Assembly (NCBI GenBank): GCA_010015585.1
Contig: ML975162.1
DNA length: 64,000 bases
DNA from: Eremomyces bilateralis CBS 781.70
Taxonomy: Eukaryota
Strand: one strand, 5' to 3'
Shown: one piece after another, positions 1 through 11,000 of the stretch
How positions within the stretch are numbered: position 1 is the stretch's first letter
Layout of the letters: each line of letters opens with the position of its first letter
Program-made: the position numbers and the translations under genes
The notes under the pieces: generated by a model
What the model was told of the DNA's origin: nothing
What the model saw: the letters and a program-made list of their open reading frames with translations, nothing else
Databases searched by the model: none

Positions 1-1118
1 ATTCGATTGGAGCTATTAAGTTGTCGATTAGTTGACAGGACATTCTCCGGAAAACCACCAGCACTGCATAATAGGCAAAATTTAGTTTGGGAAGAAGCTT
101 TCTATTGCTCAGTATATGTAGCTTGTCAAGTTAAGGAGCCCCTTCTTCCCCTTCCGACAAATCGACAATCTGGAGCATGATAATAGTGCTTGACTAAATC
201 GAACCATCCTCCCAAAGTCAAGGATCACATCCATGTATGTACAAGAAAAAAAATCCGTCGGCACAGTGCAGCTCGTCGCATCTGCAACGCTAGACCACAC
301 CACCGAGCATATCTTCAAAGAAAATAACAGATGAGCCAACCCCCAATCCTAGGGACGGGGACGCCTTGCATCAACTATACACAGCTCATCTTCCTCGTAC
401 GCTTGTTATCAAACTCGGAAAAACACCATCCGCCGAGCCCTCCGTTCGCACCGCCGCGCCAGGGTCCGAAGATACAATCGCAGGTGAGCAGTGCTGGAGG
501 CAAGGTTATGGACGGTGGAGCGAGCGATCACACCCAATAAGTCCGGCGAGCGCACCGACGCGACGCCTCCTGGACGCGCATCCGTTGCGGTTGTCCAGTT
601 TCCGCGGAGATGCTCACGCGGAAAGGGAAACAGGAAAGGATGGGTCGACGGGAGGGCGAGGGTCAGTGCGGTAGGTCGCGGGATGGAAAGGGCGAGGAGT
701 ACCGTAGACATACCGCGGAGGGGTCTCAGGATTTCTGGGGCAGGCTTTGGAGAGGGGGGGTTGGGGCGACGCGTCCGAGGAGAAAGGTGGGCCGGGTCGC
801 CGTGCTCCAGAGCGAGCCCGCGGAAATGGGAAACGCGTCCAACGCACAACGCGCAAGATGCAGCAACATAACGCAATAAGCCTCCGAAAACGCAAAGGGA
901 CCATACGGCGTGGAAGAGGCCGGAGCCGTCAATCCCACGGCCGTTCTCAGCAAAATGAAAACCTCAGCAACCCAGATATCAGGCATATGCAAGCTCGACT
1001 TGAAATGACGCGCAGATCTGTGGGGTATATATCGCAGGGAAAGGCAAAAAATCAAAATCAACCGCATAATGTTTGTGGAACTATCCTATTGAAAGCAAAA
1101 TCTGAACGTGGTCGTTCA

Positions 1119-3407
1119 TCACACCCATCCTTCTCGCTCTCCCTGCACGCTTTTCCGTGTCAAGCTCCGCGACGTCGTCCCACGCCCGACCGGGACCCGT
1201 AGAAATTTCTCGCCGATGGTGTCGAATATTGCGCGCGTGTTGCGCGTCTCGGACGTATTATCGGAGGTGTACGGGCTATCGTTCGGGTGGCGCGGGAATT
1301 CGCGGGACTCCAATGTGTATGGAGCATAGGGGTTAACGCCGACGTCCTTGAGATCTCGAGTGTAGGTGGGTGGAGCGGGGGTGTCGTCGGACGTGTATGC
1401 CGCGCCAGGTTGTTTAGCGCGAGTCCCATCGGTGACGCCGGACCATCCTGGATAAGTTTGGCCACCCTCTCCTCGCATTTTGTCGTGGCGGACGACGAGG
1501 ATGACGGTGCGGATGGTACCGATGAGGACGATGAGGACCCACACGAGGAGTATCATAGTCGAGATGATGGCTTCTTGTCGGATGGCAGATGCAAGTTTGT
1601 CGGTGACGCGGAAGACAGCCGCAGAAATATCGTCGTGCCCGCTGCCAGGATTGGCGAGGAGCTGGTCGTCGTCTTTGGAGTCAGAGACCGAAGCGAGAGC
1701 TCCAAGAGAGAACGTATCGTTAGCAAGCTGTGGGAAGTTGATGTGCGCATTGTCGTGGACCCAGGTAAGACCTTGCTGAACGCCTTGAACTTTGAGTCCG
1801 ATCAGGCAGTTGAATACTTCCTTGACCGGGTCGAAAAGGATCGTGCCGCCAAATGTATCGTTGAGCGCGCCGATAGTCTTGTCGATAAAGACATTCAGAG
1901 TGTCGTTGACTGCATCCGTGGAGGTCTTCACCCACCCAAAAAGCTCTTGGTTGAGATGATCGCTCTCGTTCCGGATCGCCGCGTTGGTGCCAACAGACCA
2001 TTGTAGGGACGCGTTGTTCAACGAGCCGACCACTTTATTTGTGAAGGCGCCAACTTGAGCAGTTAGGCCGGGAACCTGTCTCTCGAGAGATTTGAGGAGG
2101 ATGTATTGGCACAAGCAAGCGAACAGGCCTGCAAGACCGAGAGAAAGGACAAAGAGTGCTGGAGTCGTGGTTGGGTAGGCAACACACCAGCGGACTAGGG
2201 TCTGATGGCGGCGAGAGCTTGTCTTGCTTGCTAGCCATAGGCCAAACTGAGAAGTGTAGGGTCGAGATGCCATGTACACAGCATCCATGGGGTCAACTGC
2301 TTCTTTTTGTAGTCGTTCGGCCCGCTCTTTCATTTGTCTCCACTTCTGGATTTCTCGCCATGCCATCGGAACGCAGGCAAGGATTGCAGCAGTGATGAGT
2401 ACTCCAAGGAAGACCTTCTTAGCAATGGATTCGATCCGCACAAGGCCGTCGAAGAAGTCGTTGATGTCGTTGTTGTCAGTACAGAAGCTCAGTTTTTCTT
2501 TGGCTGCGACCGGCAACAAGGAACCATCGAAGGCGTAGGTACCCATGTTGTCCTTGATGACTTTTTTGAGCTGTTCGAACGGGAATCGAATCGCAGTTTC
2601 GGTGAAGTTCTTGACATCGTCAAACGTGGGAATCGCGGCGTTCAGCCGGTCGAGTTCATTGGTGAGATCTCCCGGTAGTTTGAGATTCCGCACATCGGCG
2701 ATTTGCTGGTCCAGATTGAGTTCAGGCTTTTCTGTTACGGTATTTCCAATGAGCGGAATGCCCTGGATTTTGCTGAGGAACCCGTTCAGGAGATCCTCAA
2801 AACCCTGGGTAGCATCGGACAAGCTATCACCTAATTTTCCTAGGCTCTCGTTCATAAATTCCTGGACCTCCTTGATCAGTGCGGTAGCGGCACGCAGGCT
2901 GCCAGTTACAACTAGGGTGATAAGGCAGAGGTAGGTGTTGGTCAGCATGCCGATGACGAACACGACAAGTTCTTCAACACCGGTGACGGTCATCGTGACC
3001 ATGGACATGAGGGCATTCACGGATTTTTCGATGCCGCTTGCAGTCATTTTGTTGACTCCTTTCGACATGTAATGGGGCATCGAAGCCATGGAGCTGCCGA
3101 CGGTCTCCACGCTTGTGCATGCAGAGAGTGCTTGGCGACGGGCAGAGTCAAGCCCATCGTCGATAGATCCGATCGCGAGGAGGGTGCGAATGAGAACGAG
3201 GATTAGTAGGATAGTCCATCGGTTGATCCAGACCTGAGAAAGCCTTGCTTGCAGGCCCAGATATGGGGTGAGGTATGGTGTTTGGTTCGGAGTCGGTCGT
3301 GGCGCATCTTGTGGGGCGTAGTAGTCTCGCATCTCATGATCGCCAGCGGAGAGAGATGGAGGTATGGCCGGAAAGGTTTGCTGTTGGTTCTTCTCGGCGG
3401 AAGACAT
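1119..3407 (-). CDS. PRM1: Plasma membrane fusion protein Prm1
   Basis: 762-aa ORF with the Prm1-family N-terminal stretch TPYLGLQARLSQVWINRWTILL, plus ALSACTSVETVGSSMASMPHYM and NCLIGLKVQGVQQGLTWVHDNAHINFP, and several hydrophobic TM segments. Confidence 0.92.
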   Translation of the reverse strand: MSSAEKNQQQTFPAIPPSLSAGDHEMRDYYAPQDAPRPTPNQTPYLTPYLGLQARLSQVWINRWTILLILVLIRTLLAIGSIDDGLDSARRQALSACTSVETVGSSMASMPHYMSKGVNKMTASGIEKSVNALMSMVTMTVTGVEELVVFVIGMLTNTYLCLITLVVTGSLRAATALIKEVQEFMNESLGKLGDSLSDATQGFEDLLNGFLSKIQGIPLIGNTVTEKPELNLDQQIADVRNLKLPGDLTNELDRLNAAIPTFDDVKNFTETAIRFPFEQLKKVIKDNMGTYAFDGSLLPVAAKEKLSFCTDNNDINDFFDGLVRIESIAKKVFLGVLITAAILACVPMAWREIQKWRQMKERAERLQKEAVDPMDAVYMASRPYTSQFGLWLASKTSSRRHQTLVRWCVAYPTTTPALFVLSLGLAGLFACLCQYILLKSLERQVPGLTAQVGAFTNKVVGSLNNASLQWSVGTNAAIRNESDHLNQELFGWVKTSTDAVNDTLNVFIDKTIGALNDTFGGTILFDPVKEVFNCLIGLKVQGVQQGLTWVHDNAHINFPQLANDTFSLGALASVSDSKDDDQLLANPGSGHDDISAAVFRVTDKLASAIRQEAIISTMILLVWVLIVLIGTIRTVILVVRHDKMRGEGGQTYPGWSGVTDGTRAKQPGAAYTSDDTPAPPTYTRDLKDVGVNPYAPYTLESREFPRHPNDSPYTSDNTSETRNTRAIFDTIGEKFLRVPVGRGTTSRSLTRKSVQGEREGWV

Positions 3408-5132
3408 GGTTGAGGGATCGCAAAGAAATGAGGTTCTGCTTGCAGAAAATAGTCTTAGCAGGCCGCCGGCGGCAGTTGTGTATTAAGAGGGAAGCAGTAA
3501 CGGAAAGTGAAAAGGGAAAGGAAGAAGAAAGAGTCAGAGGTTTTGCAAAGTGTGGAAGTGGTGTGTGTGTGATGAATCTTGTATATGGTCTCTCAATTGC
3601 CAAAAGTGTTCACCAAAGAACACCTAGAGATGGAACAATAGGACACCAGGCCAGTCAGGAATTAACAGGATGTATTAACAAGCACAAGTTATTGTTCATG
3701 AATAGACACGTGAATGAGACTCGACTTAAAGAACAAAAGAAACTCGTTCACACATGCATATGCAATTGAGAAGTGGGAGGGCGAGGACAATAGAGAGACT
3801 CAAAGTGAAGTGAAGGGCGTTGACAAGACAATAAAAGGACTGACATACCAAATAAAGACACGACCAAGTCAGCGGCCTCGCGACGGCCACTGAAACAAAG
3901 AGGTCGCCATGGCAGAACCGTTTCAAGGGACCACCAGTCAAACCACGGCTCTATTCTGGGTACACGATGAGGCTCTAGGAGCCGCAGGGTGCTCCCCACA
4001 ATAGGCGCCTGGCGGAGATGCAACAAGTGACTGGCATCCAGTCGTTTTCCTTGTTCCACCAGACAGGACTTGAACGGCCGAGTCAAAGCGATCGAGCTTG
4101 CGACTTCATGTCTTGATTGATCGTTTGAAGTCGCAGTGGTTGGCCTCGAGCGTTCGACCCGCCGTGTCTTGCGACGGTATTTATCCTCCTGCGCGAGTTT
4201 TAGCAACCCGCAGCAGGAACTGAGTCTTCCCCAAACGCACCACCACCTCCGAGCAACCCCAGCGACAGCCGCTGTCGAAGCGAAGGCCTCGATGGGCTGT
4301 TGCTGGTATCTCGAAGCTGGTGGGCGCGTGGTTCACGACATCGCAAGGGGACGACTTGGAGGTGGCGAAAGCACAGCTGCAGATTCGTTGTCGAGAAGTC
4401 GCCCAAAGATTTGAATGAATTCGACGTTGGGTAGACGACGGTTTTGTAGCCGGGGTCTGGGGAAGCCGCCGCCGGCGCCACAGTCGATTTGCAGCAGAGC
4501 CTTTCTAGTTCGTTCCCTGTTTTGATGCCGCCACTATCGACGTCATCCTTCAGTTGATGCTGTGTTTTACTATGTAGAAATTCATCGACCTGGAGTGTTC
4601 TAAGTTCGGCCTTCTAAGTTCTAACTAAGAATTATCATGTCTATCTCCTGTGCATCGTATTCGGCCTAATATTGAACGCCTACTAAGTGCCTAAACCCCA
4701 TTGTCACAATAGTTGTCATCCGTTCAATCACCGGGATGGCTGCAACACTGTCCAACCGAGAGTGGTCACCAGATCCGTCTCAATGTTTCACAGATCTCCT
4801 ACTTGAATGGTCGATACGTGATGGCAGGGAGGAGAAGGCGAACTGAAGCCGAACCAATCGTTGAGCATTGGAGATCCCCGTCCGTGTCGCGTGGCTGCGG
4901 CGAAGCGCTTCCAGAAACATCTTGTCAAGCTTCAAATCGCCAGTAGCCAATAGTTGAGGCCAACTACCCAAACCCCAAACCTAATGGATGGGCAGTACAA
5001 GGTCCAAACAGTTTCGCAACTCAAAGAAGACCTGACTTTTAATCATTATTATTAACATGAATGAGTAGAAATGAAGATGTCGCAAATCATGGCACAGTCA
5101 GTGCAAGACAACCGTCATCTGTGAACAATTGA

Positions 5133-5659
5133 TGCCTTAGATCCATCAAATCATGATTTATTCTTCACAGTACAGCATGTCACTTAGGAAACTATATCAG
5201 TAATAGAACAGAGTCATATCTCTATTCTATAGATCTTTTCTATGCATCCTCCCTTTAAAGCGCATGTAAAATGAGCCTCTTTTGCTCTTCAAGCCGCTGC
5301 TGGCTTGCTCAGGCATAGCCTCGCTGCTACGCAGAGTACTAGCACCCTCGGTGGGTATCTCTCTAAGCTCCTCATTATCATTGTCAACTGCTGTCCTGCT
5401 TGGTCCTTGTCTTTTCTCCTTTGCCTCTTGTTGCATAGCTGTAAAGTGATTCAGACACGCAATAGTTGTCGGGTGCTGAGAACCGAGCTTCTGCTTGTAG
5501 CCGTTGGATGCTCTCTGGTAGAGCTCGGACGCCTCCTTATATCGGCTGCGCTTGTGTAAAAGATAGGCAAGGCAGTAGACGGAAGTTAGTGTATCAGGAT
5601 GGTCCATTCCAAGCTCCTTCTCCCTCCCTTCCAGCGCTCGCCGGTGAAGCTTCTCCGCC
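5133..5659 (-). repeat. Inverted repeat copy 1 (about 530 bp) of the NLR 3' end and 3' UTR; partner at 10716-11245
   Basis: Reverse complement aligns to 10716-11245. Translations and spot-checked segments are identical in the middle and across the proximal 3' UTR. I see 3 substitutions at the 5' end, 4 clustered near the stop, and small indels at the distal end. Confidence 0.95.
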
Positions 5660-5700
5660 GTCGCTGTTATGAGAGAGTACGCCTGCAGGGTATCGAGATC
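5227..5700 (-). pseudogene. Truncated chimeric NLR relic: winged-helix fragment fused to the last two TPR repeats and C-terminal tail
   Basis: Reads DLDTLQAYSLITAT (compare DFDTLQAYSLVAVT at 9293-9334), then directly AEKLHRRALEGREKELGMDHPDTLTS...HRKDL*. No NB-ARC domain and no credible start codon. Confidence 0.75.
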
Positions 5701-6111
5701 GGACCGGCCGAGGGCGCCAGAAGGAATGAGGACTTGGTAAAGAAAAGGGCTCGCCATCGTGGTTGCACCCCACGACAGCAGCGGTTGGGAAAGACAGTCC
5801 GTTAACATATCAGCCAAAACCGATGGGCGAGGAAGGTAGCTTCCCGAATGTCACGCGCGTACTCCGTAGCGAGACAACAATCCAAACTTAGTGCCAACAG
5901 GGTCTCTCTATGCTTTGGCGTGTCGCGCATGAACCTGAAACTGAGCCATCTGTAGCTTGATCTGGTCGTGCCTGGTGAGCCATGCTGCCTTTAATCGCCA
6001 AGCCAGCGCCGAGGTCGTCGCGTACATGAGGTGCCATAATCACTACTTGCATGATTGAAAAATATATAGAAGAATCATGGAAGTTACCACCTACTACTGG
6101 CCGCACCCTGT

Positions 6112-7569
6112 TCATCCACGGAGATCAAAATTAGCCGTTCCGCCAGTGACTTGAGTTCCAGAAATCATCGTGTGGGCAGAAACGGGACCGTTAAAAACAG
6201 ACCCGATGTTCGCAGCCTCTCCGCGACCGCTCTCATTGACGCTAGCAGGTTGAAGAAGCTGCTGGTGTTGCCTTTTCGCGGCATCCTTCTTTTCCTTCCA
6301 TGAATCTTGACTCTCTTCAACCGTATTATACCAGAGCCAAAGCCGATCATGTACTCGCACATAGCCGGCGTCCATAGAAGTCTTGAACTTTGTCATCCCT
6401 GTGTGGGTTGCATGGATGCCATTGTTTGGATACGCCGTGAGGATCGCTGATTGCTTTGGTACTATCTGCAAGAGCTTAGGACTAGAATTCGGTTGCAGAA
6501 GATATTGGAGGAGTGGCATACCTCGCCGAGCCCAGGGTATCCGACTTCCTCATAAAAGCAAAAGATATTGATATATTTGCTGTCGTTTCTGCTTCGGTCG
6601 TCAAGCATGGTATGGAACTCTTGTTGGACCGCGGCGAGCATCTCAGAGCCTGGCTGCAAGACTCCTACAATCTCGGAGTTGGTTTTGCGCAGCAGATTTG
6701 AAAGTTTCGAGATTGGATGCCCCCAATTTGCAAGATTCGACCCGAGGTGTGGAGTACCCATGAACGCAATCGCTACGGTGCTTTCAAGCAAGTCCTTAGC
6801 ATGCTGTTCAGCCGAGCCGCGTGAGACAAGAAGTGCCTGCACTGGGGTATTAATGAACTGGCGGCTGGTGAATATCTTGGAGGGTGACTCGCCTGCTCAG
6901 CAACCAATCCACCAAGGCTGTGCGCAACGAAGATCAGGGGGCGAAGGTTCTGTTACTTGAGTCAGTGTTTGCTAACGGCCTTCCAACGATATATATCGGC
7001 TACTTCGGCGACAGCTCTTTTCAGCTCTTTTCAGCTCTTTCGACATGCATCACATTCAAAGATCGTAAATGACGGGTATGTGTGCCGGGACGACACTCTT
7101 GCGTTGCTAGAGCTATTGGTTTAATTTGCGCCGCAACGAGTCTTACAGAATCTGTCCTTTTCCTCCGCATAGCCAGATCCTCAGCTAAAGCTTTCCCATG
7201 GTCTCTCAGTGTGCCGTTTCCGGCCGTGCTCAATCCTCGAACGATATCGGCATCGTACCCAAACGTGATGACTCGCGCCTTTGGGAGATCTTTTGCGAGT
7301 AGATCCTTTGGCCAGAACACGTTGGCGGTCCTGTCGGTCCAAGTCGATTCGCGATTGCCGGTTAAACCGTGGACGAAAACGATGCTGGTTTTGCTGGTTG
7401 GCGGAGTTAATGAGGTATGCTAGATCGCTTACTCGATAATATCATCAGCGTTCTCGGATAACGTTTGAAGGCCATATTCTCCAACCGTTGAGAATAGCTC
7501 ATCTGTTGGGGGTTCAGCAAGAGCAGCCTGGGCACCTCCTTTGCCCTTCAACCGCTTCAAGAACTCCAT
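6112..7569 (-). CDS. SesB-like alpha/beta hydrolase (putative lipase/esterase effector) with a C-terminal candidate amyloid signalling motif
   Basis: Five exons (7569-7433, 7384-7147, 6949-6893, 6836-6522, 6465-6112) splice in frame. Motifs: DIVFVHGLTG, FWPKDLL, RVITFGYDA, RPLIFVAHSLGGLV (nucleophile elbow), FMGTPHLGS, CFYE, IVPKQSA, HATHTGMTKF. Tail is GSVFNGPVSAHTMISGTQVTGGTANFDLRG*. Intron 3 uses a GC donor (CAG|GCGAGT). Confidence 0.88.
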
Positions 7570-7729
7570 ATATTGAATGAAACCGGTCGAGACAGCTTGC
7601 AACTTCGTAAATTGCTGAGTTGGAAAGAAGGTAGAGGACAAAATGCAATCATGCTCTCCATCGGAAGCTATGTTCGACGGAGTCAACTCCGCCCCAAAGC
7701 ATGTGGGGCCTTTCACTCCGAGACTCTAG

Positions 7730-7802
7730 CGGCTAGCGGCCAGCGGGGAGCGGGCTACGGCCTACGGGCTGCGGGCCTGCGGAGTGCGGGTGCGCTGTGC
7801 GG
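7730..7802. repeat. Degenerate 7-nt-period CGG array in the divergent hydrolase/NLR promoter
   Basis: CGG starts at 7730, 7737, 7744, 7751, 7758, 7765, 7772, 7780, 7787 and 7800. Confidence 0.7.
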
Positions 7803-8060
7803 CTTCATGGTGCACGCATGGACTATAAACTCGATTGGAGACTGGAGAGCGCTGTAACGACTGGTATCGGGCCGATAATATTCCGGCACAGCCTCAACTT
7901 TGATGAGCTCCGAAGACTGGACTGATAAATGATAAAACGGCGAGGCGCCATACGTAGTACTGTGGGCGTCCGGTCCCTCCTTAACTGCTACTTTGAGTGC
8001 GAATAGATGTCCATAAGAAGCACCTCGCCTGCCTCGTATCTGAGTCATCCGAGTCAAAGC

Positions 8061-11000
8061 ATGCAGCAAACGAGTGAATTTACTGGTGGCATTCATGGTG
8101 ACACCGTCATTGCCGGGACGACCACTGCGGCTGGCGGGACGACGAACTTCATTATTTCAAGTGAGCGCACCATGGGGTTCATGACTGTCTAATATCTATT
8201 ATCTATGCTTAAACCAGCGCACAGACGAGCCGAGCCGAAAACGCAAGCCTTTCTCCGCCGTCCCGTTCGCCCCAGACCCAGACTTCGTCGACCGGCCTGA
8301 TACTCTAGCGTGGATCCACGACAAGTGTGCAAGATCGGGCGCTCGCGCCGCGCTCGTCGGTCTAGGCGGCGTAGGGTATGTCAATGTCCGCTTATTGCGT
8401 TAGCAGGCTAACAGCTGGTAGAAAGTCGCAAATAGCCATCCGATACTGCCACGAGATCCGCGATACATCGCCGCAAACGTCCGTCTACTGGGTGCACGCC
8501 AGCACTAAGGCCCGGTTCGAAGAAGCGTACAGAGACATTGCAGACCGGCTGGAGCTTCCAGGGCGAGAGAATCCGAAGGCCGACATTTTACGGCTGGTCC
8601 GCAACTGGCTGTGCGAGGAGACAAACGGCCAATGGACGATGATCCTGGACAACGTCGATAACCTCGAGACCTTCTTCCCGTCGCGAGACGGTAAGAAAGA
8701 CGAGCCGTCGAGAAGCCCGCCGGCATCGCTGGCGGCTTACCTCCCGCAAAGCCGGAACGGATCGATCCTGATCACTTCTAGGAACAAGGATGCAGCAGCC
8801 AGACTAGCAGGAGGCTACAAGAATATCAAGGAGGTACGGGCAATTAACGAGACCCAAGGCCTACAGCTCCTCCGGAACAAGCTGCAGGACGCGTTAACCG
8901 ACGACGCAATTGATCTGCTATGTGCTCTCGATTATATCCCTCTTGCAATCACCCAGGCCGCTGCATACATCAACCGGCGAGCTCGAATGACGATCTCTAA
9001 GTACCTCGACGAGTTTCGTAGAAACAACAACAAGAGAGAAAATCTCCTAAATTGGGATACAGGCGATATCCGTAGGGACGACAGTGCATCTAACTCGGTA
9101 GTAACGACGTGGCAGATGTCGTTTGAGCGTATTCGTGAAGAAAGGCCTTCTGCTACAGACTTGCTGTCGCTTATGAGCTTCTTTAACCCGCAAGGAATTC
9201 CAGAGTCAATACTTCGAAGGCATAATAGGACAGCCAGTAGGATAGTGGCAAAATCAGGCTGCGAGGACGAGGCTAACAATAAATTCGACGAAGACTTTGA
9301 TACCTTACAAGCTTACTCCCTTGTTGCTGTGACACCCGAGACTGACGCGTGTGAGATGCACGCCCTGGTACAGTTCTGCACACAAGTCTGGCTGTCGTCG
9401 TTTAGCGATGCGGAGTGGTGGAAGCAACAATTCGTACAATTAATGGCACGAGAGCTGCCTACCGGCGAGTTTAAGAACTGGGCGAAGTGCCAGCAACTGC
9501 TTCCGCACGTTGAATCGTTGTATAACGCTGAGCCGGTGACTGACGAGTCCGTAAAGGACTGGGCTCAGATTCTTACAAATGCTGCGTGGTATATGTGGAT
9601 GATAGGGAGGTATAAGACAGGACAAGACATAGCAGCAAAGGCACTTAAGGCTAGAGAAAGAGTGTATGGAGAAGATGATCGATTAACACTAGATAGTGTT
9701 AACCTTCTAGCGTTGGTGCTGAGCTATCAGGGGAAGTACTCGGAGGCAGAGAAGCTTCACCGGAAAGCGCTAGAAGGAAGGGAGAAAGAGCTAGGTGTAC
9801 AGCACCCAGATACGCAGATCAGCATAGGCAATTTGTCTACTGTGCTAGAGCGCCGAGGGAAATTCGAAGAAGCTGAGACTTTGAAACGACGAGTATTGGA
9901 GGCTCATGAGAAGGATTTGGGGCCACGACACCCTCATACANNNNNNNNNNNNNNNNNNNNNNNNNNNNNNNNNNNNNNNNNNNNNNNNNNNNNNNNNNNN
10001 NNNNNNNNNNNNNNNNNNNNNNNNNNNNNNNNNNNNNNNNNNNNNNNNNNNNNNNNNNNNNNNNNNNNNNNNNNNNNNNNNNNNNNNNNNNNNNNNNNNN
10101 NNNNNNNNNNNNNNNNNNNNNNNNNNNNNNNNNNNNNNNNNNNNNNNNNNNNNNNNNNNNNNNNNNNNNNNNNNNNNNNNNNNNNNNNNNNNNNNNNNNN
10201 AAATTCGAAGAAGCTGAGACTTTGAAACGACGAGTATTGGAGGCTCATGAGAAGGATTTGGGGCCACGACACCCTCATACACTGACGAGTATAAGCCTCC
10301 TGGCATCAGTGCTAGCAAGCCGGGGGAAGTACTCGGAGGCGGAGAAGCTGAACCGGCGAGCGGTGGAAGGGATGGAGAAGGAGCTGGGTGTACAGCACCC
10401 AGATACGCTGACGAGCGTGGACAACCTGGCGGGCGCGCTGCAAGGTCAGGGGAAGTACTCGGAGGCGGAGAAGCTTCACCGGAGAGCGCTGGAAGGAAGG
10501 GAGAAAGAGCTGGGTATACAGCACCCAGATACGCAGATCAGCATAGGCAATTTGTCTACTGTGCTAGAGTGCCGAGGGAAATTCGAAGAAGCTGAGATTT
10601 TGAAACGACGACTATTGGAGGCTCATGAGAAGGATTTGGGGCCACGACACCCTCATACACTGACGAGTATAAGCCTCCTGGCATCAGTACTAGCAAGCCA
10701 GGGGAAGTACTCGGAGGCGGAGGGGCTTCACCGGCGAGCGCTGGAAGAGAGGGAGAAGGAGCTTGGAATGGACCATCCTGATACACTAACTTCCGTCTAC
10801 TGCCTTGCCTATCTTTTACACAAGCGCAGCCGATATAAGGAGGCGTCCGAGCTCTACCAGAGAGCATCCAACGGCTACAAGCAGAAGCTCGGTTCTCAGC
10901 ACCCGACAACTATTGCGTGTCTGAATCACTTTACAGCTATGCAACAAGAGGCAAAGGAGAAAAGACAAGGACCAAGCAGGACAGCAGTTGACAATGATAA

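Noticed and set aside
3700..5100. Short ORFs and CTAAGTTC repeats between PRM1 and the island
   Set aside because: No recognisable domain, terminal repeats or consistent splice model
5810..5875. Minus-strand peptide LATEYARDIREATFLAHRFWL resembling the helix after NLR Walker A
   Set aside because: Short, with no P-loop upstream and a stop soon after. The similarity could be chance, so it is not counted as part of the relic.
9941..10225. Apparent frameshift splitting the NLR into two ORFs
   Set aside because: It falls in an N gap of estimated length flanked by a duplicated 81-mer, so an assembly artefact is more likely than pseudogenisation
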